From: Acidimicrobiia bacterium
Lineage (GTDB): Bacteria > Acidobacteriota > Vicinamibacteria > Vicinamibacterales > UBA2999
Length of the DNA stretch: 32,918 bases
Assembly (NCBI GenBank): GCA_043779345.1
Contig: JAYWEJ010000313.1
Span: 1-32,918 of the forward strand
Direction: 5' to 3'
In this document: positions 1 through 9,560 of the stretch, one piece after another
Layout of the letters: each line of letters begins with the position of its first letter
How positions within the stretch are numbered: position 1 is the first letter of the stretch
Position numbers and translations under genes: made by a program
The notes under the pieces: model-generated
Databases searched by the model: none
What the model was told of the DNA's origin: nothing
What the model saw: the letters and a program-made list of their open reading frames with translations, nothing else

Positions 1-6
1 CGAGCG

Positions 7-267
7 CTAACCCCTGAAAAGATTGTGCTGGTGGCCGCGCGCCTCGATGATCGTGACGGCGCGGCGTGAGCGGTACCAGATGTATCCGGCGCCGGCAAGC
101 AGTCCGGCGACCAGCGCCGACACCATGATCACGCCGATCAGGTTAAAGGCCGCCAGCGACACGTCGATCATGGTCAGCTCGCGCGCCGGCTGCTGGTCCG
201 GTGCCATCTGGACGATGGTGACTTGCTGTGCTTCCTGCGGTGCTTCTTTCGGTCTTTCCTGCACCAT
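7..267 (-). CDS. small single-pass membrane protein (hypothetical)
   Basis: The track ORF 7..282 starts at a TTG. An in-frame ATG at 267 gives MVQERPKE.... There is one hydrophobic helix, IDVSLAAFNLIGVIMVSALVAGLLAGAGYIWY, with GC3-rich codons. The ORF begins 4 nt after the pepA stop. No family recognised and the start is uncertain. Confidence 0.45.
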   Translation of the reverse strand: MVQERPKEAPQEAQQVTIVQMAPDQQPARELTMIDVSLAAFNLIGVIMVSALVAGLLAGAGYIWYRSRRAVTIIEARGHQHNLFRG

Positions 268-271
268 CTGA

Positions 272-1774
272 TTATCCAGCAAATCCGCCGCGCGCGACTT
301 CGATCAGCGTGCGGATCATCACCCCGGTGGCGCCCTTCGGTTGCCACGGCTTGCTCTCATCCGCCCACGCAGTGCCGGCGATATCCAGGTGCGCCCACGG
401 CCCGGTGCCCGCGAATTCCTTGAGGAACATCGCCGCGGTGATCGATCCGGCGGGCCGGCCCGGGCTGTTGAGCATGTCGGCAATCTCGCTCTTCAGCTGT
501 TCCTTGTATTCGTCGAACAGCGGCAGCGCCCAGACCTTCTCGCCGGCGCGATCGGCAGCCTGGCTGATGTGAGTGACCCAGGGTTGCGGCGTGCCGAACA
601 GGCCCGTCGTGATCTTGCCGAGGCCGACGACGATCGCGCCCGTCAGCGTGGCAACGTCGATGAGATGCGTGGCGCCGAGCTGACGCGCGTACCAGAGGCC
701 ATCGCCGAGAATGAGGCGGCCTTCGGCATCGGTGTTGTTCACTTCCACGGTCAGTCCCGACGCGCCGGTGAGGATGTCGCCGGGCTTGGTGGCCTTGCCG
801 CCGGGCATGTTCTCGGTCATGAGCACGATCGCGATGGCGCGAATCGGCAGCTGCTGCATGGCGATCGATCGCATCGCCGCGACGACCGAGGCGCCGCCCG
901 CCATGTCGTCCTTCATGCGCTCCATGCCGTCGGCGGGCTTCAAGGACAGCCCGCCGGTGTCGAAGGTGATGCCCTTGCCGACGAGACCGAGCGTCTGGTT
1001 GGCCGGTGCGCCCGCGGGCGAGTACTTGAGCACGAGCAGGCGCGGCGGCTCGACGCTGCCACGCGCGACGCCGAGCAGCAGGCCCATCTTGAGCTCTTCG
1101 ATCTTGCGTTCGTCGAGAATCTCGGCGCTGATGCCCGGCACCGACGCGAGCGACGCGGTCTTGTCGGCCATCACGCGGGGGGTCAGGTAGTTGCCCGGCT
1201 CGTTGATCAGCACGCGCGCCGCATTGATCGACTCGCCCATCGCGCCGCCGTTGGTGACCGCGGTGGTGGCGGTGTCGGACGTGAAGATGACGCCTTCGCG
1301 GATGAAGAATTGGTTCTCGTTGCGGCTCTTGTGAACACCGTTGTCGAAATTCGCGAGGACCAGTCCTTCGGCGACGGTTTCGATTCTCGCGGCCGCGGCG
1401 ATGACGCCCGGTTCGACGTCGGCCCAGCCAACTCGCGCGCGGCGCTGAGACCGCGCGACCTGCGCGGCGCTGATCGCCATGCGGCGGACGCGCTCGACGG
1501 TGATCTCGGCGCGCGGCCCTCCGCCCACGAACACGATCCGGGCGGCGCGCCAGCCGGTCGCCGGCGTGGGCGCGACGTAGATTTCGTTGGCCTTGGCGCG
1601 GAACTCGCCGCGCTCGAGGGCCGACTTCAGATCGTCGCCCAGGGGGCCGTCATAGCGTGACGCCGCCGCTGCGGCATGGTCTTGGGCGATCGGGATGATG
1701 ATGAGGTCGAGGTCGGCCTCGGCCAGGGGCGCGCCGCTCACCGTCAGGCGAGGTACTTCATACGGAACATGCAT
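272..1774 (-). CDS. pepA: leucyl aminopeptidase, M17 family
   Basis: 500-aa ORF with an ATG start. It carries the M17 signature NTDAEGRLILGD and GKGITFDTGG, and has typical length. Confidence 0.93.
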   Translation of the reverse strand: MHVPYEVPRLTVSGAPLAEADLDLIIIPIAQDHAAAAASRYDGPLGDDLKSALERGEFRAKANEIYVAPTPATGWRAARIVFVGGGPRAEITVERVRRMAISAAQVARSQRRARVGWADVEPGVIAAAARIETVAEGLVLANFDNGVHKSRNENQFFIREGVIFTSDTATTAVTNGGAMGESINAARVLINEPGNYLTPRVMADKTASLASVPGISAEILDERKIEELKMGLLLGVARGSVEPPRLLVLKYSPAGAPANQTLGLVGKGITFDTGGLSLKPADGMERMKDDMAGGASVVAAMRSIAMQQLPIRAIAIVLMTENMPGGKATKPGDILTGASGLTVEVNNTDAEGRLILGDGLWYARQLGATHLIDVATLTGAIVVGLGKITTGLFGTPQPWVTHISQAADRAGEKVWALPLFDEYKEQLKSEIADMLNSPGRPAGSITAAMFLKEFAGTGPWAHLDIAGTAWADESKPWQPKGATGVMIRTLIEVARGGFAG

Positions 1775-1820
1775 GTTGGGTTAGAATTCCTTTGCGCCCC
1801 GCCTGCAAGGGGACCTTGTC

Positions 1821-2303
1821 ATGTATTTGAAATCAGGCGTCGCTCAGGCTTTCGTCCTGGCGTTCAGCGCGCTTCTCCTCAGCCCGTCCAGTTCCCTGCT
1901 GGCCCGCGAGCAGGGCGGCAACAGAAAGCCTAGCTTATCACTCAAGGCAACACCGGCCATTTCGTTCGCACCGGCGCGCGTGATCTTGGTCGCCGAGGTG
2001 AAGGGCGGGGCGGATGATTTCGAGGACTTCTACTGCCCCACCGTCGAATGGGAGTGGGGCGACCTCACCCAGTCGACGGCGGAAGCGGACTGCGAGCCCT
2101 ACTCACCCGGCAAGAGCTCGATCAAGCGCCGTTACACGGTGGAGCATCGCTTCAAGAATGCCGGCGGCTTCAAGGTCATCCTGCGCTTGAAGAAGGGCAA
2201 CAAGGTGATCGCGAGCGCCAACACGCAGGTTCAAGTGCGTGCCGGGCTCGAGCCCGGAGACACCGGCGATGTCACCGCCGGCGCCAGCGTCAGAAGGCAG
2301 TAG
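1821..2303 (+). CDS. secreted hypothetical protein (Ig/PKD-like fold suspected)
   Basis: 160-aa ORF with an N-terminal signal-like segment, MYLKSGVAQAFVLAFSALLLSPSSS. Third-position G/C bias is strong. There are two Cys residues (FYCPTVEWEWGD...ADCEPY). It is divergent from pepA. No family recognised with certainty. Confidence 0.6.
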   Translation: MYLKSGVAQAFVLAFSALLLSPSSSLLAREQGGNRKPSLSLKATPAISFAPARVILVAEVKGGADDFEDFYCPTVEWEWGDLTQSTAEADCEPYSPGKSSIKRRYTVEHRFKNAGGFKVILRLKKGNKVIASANTQVQVRAGLEPGDTGDVTAGASVRRQ

Positions 2304-3312
2304 CGCTCGCCGTCGGTGCGGGAGGCGGCACGGTAATCGGCGGCGGCACCGTGTACCAGCGGCCCAGCCCCGTCGTAATCGCGGCGCCCAACCCCGTCGT
2401 CCACGCGACGAATTCGACGGTGAGCCCGATCGTCACCAGCACGATCGTCAGCGGCCATGCGCCAATCGATACGACGTCGACGAAGCGCGCCAGCAGCGTC
2501 GGCCCCAGCAGCACGATGAATCCGATTGCCGTGGCTACATAGGCGTTGCCCGGCGGCCAGCCGAGGCGATCTTCGATCCATTCGCCGAGTCGGCACGCCA
2601 GCGCCGTGAAGCCGAGCACAAACGCGAACACGGCGATCACGATCGCGATCGGCACGAGGATCGCCAGGAACGGAATGCCGATAATGGTCATGGCGATTCC
2701 GATCGCGGCGGCGATCAGTATCGGCAGGAAGAACACTTCGGCGACCAGGCCGATCACAAAGGCGCGCAGCGGTGCTGCGAGCGCCGCGCGGCCGACGCGG
2801 GCCACCGGCGCGCGCGCCACGATCAGCATCATCACCATCAGCACGCCGAGCGCCGAGACCCGCGCCAGGGTGCCGGCGAGACTGAGCCAGCGTGGCAACT
2901 CGCCGAAACGCACCGAGGGGAAAAAGCCGAAGTTGCGGCGCGACCACTCGCCGAATGACACGTGGTTGATGCCGCCGCTGAGCTGGGCGCCGGCGTCGCG
3001 CGTCAGCGTCCCGCCCACCAGGACGACGTCGCCCCGCACGTCGGCGGTCGATGCCAGGTGGAGGTTGCCGCCGACGACGACCACGCCGTCGCGGACGCGG
3101 CCTTCGACGTTGAGGCTGCCGCCGACCACGACCGCGGCGTCGGTCACTTCCTCGTCGCGCTCAATTCTGATGTCCTGCCCAAACGCGATGCGCGTGCCGG
3201 TCAGGCGATAGGTGATGGGGTCCTGGGATTGGGCGACCGCGGGGGCCTGAACGAGCAGACCGATGGCGGCGCTCATCAGGAGAAAAGCCGGGACAGCTCT
3301 GCGCATCGTCAT
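2290..3312 (-). CDS. membrane protein with an N-terminal bactofilin-like beta-helix repeat region and a polytopic C-terminal half
   Basis: 340-aa ORF with a signal/TM segment at the N-terminus. Repeats VVVGGSLNVEGRVRDGVVVVGGNLHLASTADVRGDVVLVGGTL resemble polymer-forming (bactofilin-type) beta-helix repeats. At least 5 hydrophobic helices and a Pro-rich tail (VPPPITVPPPAPT) follow. A strong SD, AGGAGAAGG, lies upstream of the ATG at 3312. Confidence 0.7.
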   Translation of the reverse strand: MTMRRAVPAFLLMSAAIGLLVQAPAVAQSQDPITYRLTGTRIAFGQDIRIERDEEVTDAAVVVGGSLNVEGRVRDGVVVVGGNLHLASTADVRGDVVLVGGTLTRDAGAQLSGGINHVSFGEWSRRNFGFFPSVRFGELPRWLSLAGTLARVSALGVLMVMMLIVARAPVARVGRAALAAPLRAFVIGLVAEVFFLPILIAAAIGIAMTIIGIPFLAILVPIAIVIAVFAFVLGFTALACRLGEWIEDRLGWPPGNAYVATAIGFIVLLGPTLLARFVDVVSIGAWPLTIVLVTIGLTVEFVAWTTGLGAAITTGLGRWYTVPPPITVPPPAPTASATAF

Positions 3313-3343
3313 GTCACCTTCTCCTACGGGACGAAGGATGGGA

Positions 3344-3994
3344 TCAGAAGGTTCCGAGCGGAGTCGCCACGGTCAACTTTGCGCCGGTCGCCGCGAGCAC
3401 GGCGTCGAGGGTGGTGTCCGAGGCAATCTCCTTCAGCACGAGGCCGCCGGCGGTGACGTCGATCACGGCCAGCTCGGTCACGATGCGGTTGACCACCTTC
3501 AGGCCGGTCAACGGCAGCGTGCACGCCGGCAGGATCTTGTGGCCGCCGTCCTTGGTCGTGTGCTCCATCGCGATCACGACGCGCTTGGCGCCGGCGACGA
3601 GATCCATCGCGCCGCCCATGCCCTTGACCATCTTGCCGGGGATCATCCAGTTGGCGAGGTTGCCCTGCGCGTCGACTTCGAGCGCGCCGAGCACGGTGAC
3701 GTCGATGTGGCCGCCGCGCACCATCGCAAACGAATCGGCGCTGCTGAAATACGAGGTGCCGGGCAGCTCGGTCACCGTCTCCTTGCCGGCGTTGATCAGA
3801 TCGGGATCCATCTCGGCTTCGCTCGCCGGATACGGACCGACGCCGAGCATGCCGTTCTCGGAGTGAAGCGTGATCTCGATGCCGGGCGGGATGCAGTTGG
3901 CGACCAGCGTCGGCATGCCGATGCCGAGGTTGACGTAGTCGCCGTCCCGGAGATCCTGGGCGATCCGGTGAACGATCCGATCGCGCTTATCCAC
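3344..3994 (-). CDS. scoB: 3-oxoacid CoA-transferase subunit B
   Basis: 216 aa with a GTG start that overlaps the scoA stop by 8 nt. It has the catalytic-Glu motif SENGMLG and YVNLGIGMP. Confidence 0.9.
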   Translation of the reverse strand: MDKRDRIVHRIAQDLRDGDYVNLGIGMPTLVANCIPPGIEITLHSENGMLGVGPYPASEAEMDPDLINAGKETVTELPGTSYFSSADSFAMVRGGHIDVTVLGALEVDAQGNLANWMIPGKMVKGMGGAMDLVAGAKRVVIAMEHTTKDGGHKILPACTLPLTGLKVVNRIVTELAVIDVTAGGLVLKEIASDTTLDAVLAATGAKLTVATPLGTF

Positions 3995-4679
3995 GGGTCA
4001 CCTTCTTTTCGATGCGCTTGTCGTACGACGGCCCCTGAATCAGCCGCTTCACGTAGACCCCCGGCGTGTGCACGCCATCGGGCTCGAGCGAGCCGGCGTC
4101 GACCAGCTGCTCGACCTCGGCGATGGTATGACGCGACGCCGTCGCCATCACCGGGTTGAAGTTGCGCGCCGTCTTTCGATACACGAGATTGCCGGTGCGG
4201 TCGCCCTTCCACGCCTTGACAAAGGCGAAGTCGGCGTGGAGCGGCGGCTCGAGAATGTAGGTGCGGCCGTTGATGACGCGGCTTTCCTTGCCTTCGGCGA
4301 TCAGGGTCCCCGCGCCGGTGGGCGTAAAGAAGCCGCCGATGCCGGCGCCGGCGGCCCGCATCCGCTCCGAGAAGGTCCCCTGCGGCACCAGCTCCACCTC
4401 GATCTCTTTCGCCAGGTACTGCCGCTCGAATTCCTTGTTCTCTCCGACGTAGGTCGCGATCATCTTGCGAATCCGCCGCGAGTGCAGCAGCGGGCCGACG
4501 CCAAACTGATCGATGCCGGCGTTGTTGCTGATGATGGTGAGGTCTTTGGTGCCGCGCCGATGCAGCGCCGCGATCAGGTGTTCGGGAATGCCGCAGAGCC
4601 CGAAGCCGCCCATCATGATGGTGGCGCCGTCGGGAATGACGGCGACCGCCTCGTCGGCGGTGGCCAGCACTTTGTTCAT
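3987..4679 (-). CDS. scoA: 3-oxoacid CoA-transferase subunit A
   Basis: The track ORF 3987..4685 starts at a GTG. The ATG at 4679 gives the typical MNKV... N-terminus. The [10 protein letters not shown] motif is present. Confidence 0.9.
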   Translation of the reverse strand: MNKVLATADEAVAVIPDGATIMMGGFGLCGIPEHLIAALHRRGTKDLTIISNNAGIDQFGVGPLLHSRRIRKMIATYVGENKEFERQYLAKEIEVELVPQGTFSERMRAAGAGIGGFFTPTGAGTLIAEGKESRVINGRTYILEPPLHADFAFVKAWKGDRTGNLVYRKTARNFNPVMATASRHTIAEVEQLVDAGSLEPDGVHTPGVYVKRLIQGPSYDKRIEKKVTRG

Positions 4680-4682
4680 GGC

Positions 4683-4712
4683 CACAGATTAAACACAGAT
4701 TGGACGCAGATA
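4683..4712 (-). repeat. three 11-bp-phased direct repeats (AATCTGTG x2 plus TATCTGCG) directly upstream of scoA
   Basis: The plus strand reads cacagatt at 4683-4690 and 4694-4701, and cgcagata at 4705-4712. The repeats sit in an AT-rich 52-nt gap between the tyrA stop and the scoA ATG. No Shine-Dalgarno is visible. Confidence 0.6.
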
Positions 4713-4731
4713 AAAGAACGAACGGCGCACG

Positions 4732-5517
4732 TCACTTAATGGACGCTTTGGCGCGGTTGGCTTCGTCGAACAGCTTGCGGATCGCCTCCGGATCCTCGAG
4801 ACGATCAGCGAAGGATGCGAGCTCCGACGCGAGGTATTTGATCAGCGGCTTGAGCTCGTGGCTGTTGCTGGCCAGCACGCTCTGCCAGATGTCGGCCTGG
4901 CTCGACGCGAGGCGCGTGGTGTCGCGAAGGCCGCTGCCCGCCCACTGGAGATTGTCGGCGCCCACCGCCCGCGCCACGATCGCCATCAGCACCGACGCGG
5001 TGACCTGCGGCAGGTGGCTGACCGCGGCCATCAATCGATCGTGCTCCTCGCCGCGATCGGTCAGCACCACCGGCTTGGCGCCGAGCCCTTCGACCAGCTT
5101 GGAGGCGCGCTTCACGGCGCCCGGCGAATCGGGGTTGGTCAGGAACCAGGGGTGGCCGTCGAACAGGTCGGCCCGCGCATCGGCGCCGCCGGTGCCCCCG
5201 GCCATCGGGTGGCCGCCGACGAAATGACGAATCTTCGCGGCCGCGGCCGCGGTCATGATCGCGCTCTTGGTGCTGCCGGTGTCGATGACGAGCGCCCGCG
5301 GCGAAATCACCAGCGGCAGGCTCGGGATGATGTCGAGGATGGCATCGACGGGCGCCGCGAGCACGACGACGAGGGAGTCGCCGATGGCGCTCAGCGACTG
5401 GCCCTTGTCGATGGTCTTGATCTGCAGATCGGGCCAGCGGCGCTTGGCCGCGAGCGCGATTGATGAGCCAATCAGGCCCGGCCCGACAATCGCAAGACCC
5501 TGCGGGGTGTCGGGCAT
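4732..5517 (-). CDS. tyrA: prephenate (or arogenate) dehydrogenase
   Basis: The track ORF 4732..6270 is an over-extension. The in-frame ATG at 5517 gives MPDTPQGLAIVGPGLIGSSIALA (Rossmann fold), and a GGHPMAG motif is present. The product is 261 aa and starts 5 nt after the DAHP synthase stop. Confidence 0.88.
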   Translation of the reverse strand: MPDTPQGLAIVGPGLIGSSIALAAKRRWPDLQIKTIDKGQSLSAIGDSLVVVLAAPVDAILDIIPSLPLVISPRALVIDTGSTKSAIMTAAAAAKIRHFVGGHPMAGGTGGADARADLFDGHPWFLTNPDSPGAVKRASKLVEGLGAKPVVLTDRGEEHDRLMAAVSHLPQVTASVLMAIVARAVGADNLQWAGSGLRDTTRLASSQADIWQSVLASNSHELKPLIKYLASELASFADRLEDPEAIRKLFDEANRAKASIK

Positions 5518-5522
5518 GGCGG

Positions 5523-6569
5523 CTACCGCGCCCAGCCGCGGCGCGCGACGGGCTCCAGGCAAATACTCCTGCCGATCGCGGGCGCGATGATGCGCAGCTC
5601 CGCCATCAGGCGATCGAACTGCGCGGGGAACATCGACTGCGCCCCGTCGCTGAGCGCGTGATCCGGATCGTTGTGGACCTCGATGATCAACCCGTCCGCG
5701 CCCGCCGCCACCGCCGCGCGCGCCATCGGCGCGACCTTGTCGCGGCGGCCCATGCCGTGGCTCGGGTCGACGAAGATCGGCAGGTGCGACAGCTCCTTCA
5801 CGATCGGAATCGCCGACAGGTCGAGCGTGTTGCGCGTGAACGTCTCGAAGGTGCGGATGCCGCGCTCGCAGAGGATGACGTCCTTGTTGCCGCCGGCCAG
5901 GATGTACTCCGCCGACAACAGCCATTCCTCCATCGTCGCGGCGATGCCGCGCTTCAGCAGGATCGGCATGCGCGTGCGTCCGAGCTCGCGGAGCAGCGTG
6001 AAGTTCTGCATGTTGCGGGCGCCGACCTGGTAAATGTCCGCGTACTTGCCGATCACCTCGATCTGGTTCGCATCCATGACCTCGGTGACCAGCTTGAGGT
6101 CGTGGGCATTCGAGCCTTCGCGCAGCAGCTGCAGTCCGGCCTCGCCCATCCCCTGGAAGCTGTACGGTGACGATCGCGGCTTGAAGGCGCCGCCGCGCAG
6201 GATCTTGGCGCCGGCGCGCTTGACGGCCGCGGCGGTCGCGTGGACCTGCGCTTCGCTCTCCGCCGAGCACGGGCCGGCGATGACGATCACCTCGTCGCCG
6301 CCGATTCGCAGATCGCCGATGGTGATGATGGTGTCTTCGGCCTGGAAGGTCCGGCTCGCCAGCTTGTAGGGCTGCGAGATGCGCACCACTTCGTGCACGC
6401 CGGCCATCAGCTCGATCAGCCGCGGGTCGACCTTGCCGCCGCCGACCACGCCCAGCACGATGCGCGACGCGCCGGTCGAGCGATGCACGTCCATGCCGTT
6501 TTCGACGAGTTGCGCAATCACCGCTTCCACTTCGGTATCACTCGCCCGTTCCTTCATCACCACAACCAT
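5523..6569 (-). CDS. aroF: 3-deoxy-7-phosphoheptulonate (DAHP) synthase, type I-beta, with an N-terminal ferredoxin/ACT-like regulatory domain
   Basis: 348 aa with KPRSSPYSFQG and FVDPSHG motifs. A roughly 75-aa N-terminal extension (MVVVMKERASDTEVEAVIAQLVENGMDVH...) resembles the Thermotoga-type regulatory domain. Confidence 0.9.
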   Translation of the reverse strand: MVVVMKERASDTEVEAVIAQLVENGMDVHRSTGASRIVLGVVGGGKVDPRLIELMAGVHEVVRISQPYKLASRTFQAEDTIITIGDLRIGGDEVIVIAGPCSAESEAQVHATAAAVKRAGAKILRGGAFKPRSSPYSFQGMGEAGLQLLREGSNAHDLKLVTEVMDANQIEVIGKYADIYQVGARNMQNFTLLRELGRTRMPILLKRGIAATMEEWLLSAEYILAGGNKDVILCERGIRTFETFTRNTLDLSAIPIVKELSHLPIFVDPSHGMGRRDKVAPMARAAVAAGADGLIIEVHNDPDHALSDGAQSMFPAQFDRLMAELRIIAPAIGRSICLEPVARRGWAR

Positions 6570-6571
6570 AA

Positions 6572-6916
6572 TCAGCTCTCGGTACTTTCTTTATTTGCTA
6601 TTTCGTCTTCTTTATTTCTCGTCTTGTCGCGCGCCGCCTCGATGCGCTGAATCCGGCGCGCTTCGTCCATGATGCGTTCGTAGAGCCGGGCCACCGCATC
6701 GCCGTCGAGCGGCCCGCCCAGCGCTTCATTCACCTGGCGCACGTGCGCGATCACCGCGGCCTCGCGCGCCGGCTCGTAGATCGGCCGGCCCAGTTCGTGC
6801 TTCAACCGGCCGACCGTGTAGGCGCACCGCGCGCGGCTGTCGAGCAGCCGCACGATCACCTCGTCGATCTTGTCGATCTCCTCGCGGAGCTGTTCGAGAC
6901 TCAGTTCCGCAGCCAT
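6572..6916 (-). CDS. chorismate mutase (AroQ class, monofunctional)
   Basis: The in-frame ATG at 6916 lies inside track ORF 6572..7015. It gives MAAELSLEQLREEIDKIDEVIVRLLDSRARCAY, a typical AroQ helix 1. The gene overlaps the trpA 3' end by 16 nt. The last roughly 19 codons are AT-rich and low-complexity. Confidence 0.85.
   Translation of the reverse strand: MAAELSLEQLREEIDKIDEVIVRLLDSRARCAYTVGRLKHELGRPIYEPAREAAVIAHVRQVNEALGGPLDGDAVARLYERIMDEARRIQRIEAARDKTRNKEDEIANKESTES
6587..6617 (-). repeat. 10-nt direct repeat (AAATAAAGAA on the minus strand) x2, 21 nt apart, within an AT-rich island
   Basis: The plus strand reads ttctttattt at 6587-6596 and 6608-6617. The surrounding roughly 50 nt are strikingly AT-rich for this window. 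The repeats lie in the chorismate mutase 3' tail, 18-48 nt upstream of the DAHP synthase ATG at 6569. Confidence 0.6.
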
Positions 6917-7686
6917 CGCACGTACCGTTCCACTTCGTCCAACAACCCCGCGGACTGTCCATGCTCCGCGATCACCTTGACGAGCGCGCTGCCGACGACC
7001 GCGGCGTCGGCCCACTGCCCGATCGCTCGCACGTGCTCGGGCCGCGAGATGCCGAACCCGAGGGCCAGCGGCATGCGCGTTTCGGATTTGACCCGCTCGG
7101 CAAGCTCGCGCGCCGAGTCGTCAACCGTGTCGCGCACGCCCGTGACGCCGAGGCGGGAGATCCCATACAGGAACCCGCTGCCGAGCTCGGATGCCCGGCG
7201 TATCCGCTCGACCGTCGTCGTCGGGCTTAACAGGAAAATTGTATCAATCCCGGCGCGGCCGAAGGCCGTGCGGAACGTCTCCCCTTCCTCGGGCGGCATG
7301 TCCAGCGTCAGGACGCCGTCCACGCCCGCGGCGCGTGCTTCGGTCACAAAGGTCTCCAACCCCATCCGAAGTATCGGATTGGCGTAGCTAAAGATGACAA
7401 TCGGCGCCGAAATCGCCGGGCGCAGCGTTTTCAGCATGCCGAGGACGCCCGTGAGCGTCACGCCTGACGCCAGCGCCCGCTCCGTCGCCCTCTGGATGAC
7501 GGGGCCGTCGGCGAGCGGATCCGAGAACGGCACGCCGATCTCGAGCACGTCGGCGCCGGCGTGATCGAGACGCTTGATGATCTCGGCCGAGCGCGTCAGA
7601 TCGGGATCGCCCGCGGTCACGTAGGTGACGAGGCCGGTCTTGCCGGCGGCGCGCAGTTGTGAGAAGCGCTCGTCAATCCGCGACAT
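6901..7686 (-). CDS. trpA: tryptophan synthase alpha chain
   Basis: 261 aa with the signature LEIGVPFSDPLADGPVIQ. An AAGGAG SD lies upstream of the ATG at 7686. Confidence 0.95.
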   Translation of the reverse strand: MSRIDERFSQLRAAGKTGLVTYVTAGDPDLTRSAEIIKRLDHAGADVLEIGVPFSDPLADGPVIQRATERALASGVTLTGVLGMLKTLRPAISAPIVIFSYANPILRMGLETFVTEARAAGVDGVLTLDMPPEEGETFRTAFGRAGIDTIFLLSPTTTVERIRRASELGSGFLYGISRLGVTGVRDTVDDSARELAERVKSETRMPLALGFGISRPEHVRAIGQWADAAVVGSALVKVIAEHGQSAGLLDEVERYVRWLRN

Positions 7687-7728
7687 ATTTGACTCCTTCG
7701 CGAGAGATTGCCCCTGTCTCTTCGCGAG

Positions 7729-8945
<1,217 letters not shown>

Positions 8946-8949
<4 letters not shown>

Positions 8950-9560
8950 ACTTGCTCCTTCGCTCGTTCGATGAATTCGCGCAACCTGTCGTGATCCTTG
9001 ATGCCCGGTGAGGACTCCACGCCCGACGCGACGTCGACCGCCATGGGCTTCACCGCCGCGATCGCCTGTTTGACGTTGTCGGGCGTCAGCCCTCCGGCAA
9101 GAAAGAGGTCGCGAGACCGGGCGATGGCCGCGGCGCGCGCCCAATCAACGGTCTGACCTGTGCCGCCGTGTTTGACCGGGTCGTGCGCGTCGAGAAGAAT
9201 CAGGTGCTCGGTATCTGGAACATCCGGCTCGATGCCTTCACCGCTCGCGGCCAGGTGCACGGCGCGGACGATCACCAGCCGCGGGCGGTCCTCTCCCCAA
9301 TCAGGCACCTCGCCGTGAATTTGCGCCATGCGAATCCCGGCCTTGTGTCCGGAGCGCACCTCGTCGGCTGATGGATTCACGAAGACGCCGACCGGGGTCA
9401 CGTGCTCCGGCAGCTTCCGTCGAAGTCGGTCCACGAGCTCGAGTGTCGCTGCCCGCGGGCTCCGTGGCCAGAGGACGAACCCGACAAAGTCGGCGCCGAA
9501 ACGCACCGCGGCCTCGGCGTCTTCTCGACGGGTGATACCGCAAATCTTGACGGCGGTCAC
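8946..9560 (-). CDS. trpF: phosphoribosylanthranilate isomerase
   Basis: 204 aa with a GTG start in a GTGA overlap with the trpC stop. The N-terminus is (M/V)[10 protein letters not shown]..., and the gene sits in operon context. Confidence 0.9.

Noticed and set aside
341-1660. A 439-aa plus-strand ORF antisense to pepA. Many similar long antisense or alternative-frame ORFs appear in the track, for example 10558..12111, 12351..13673, 15916..17175, 19456..20373, 20976..21794, 25416..26363 and 29026..30405.
   Set aside because: Their composition is Arg/Ala/Gly/Pro-rich and low-complexity, and no motifs are recognisable. Each lies opposite or out of frame to a gene with clear family signatures. 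This is the typical open-frame artefact of GC-rich DNA.
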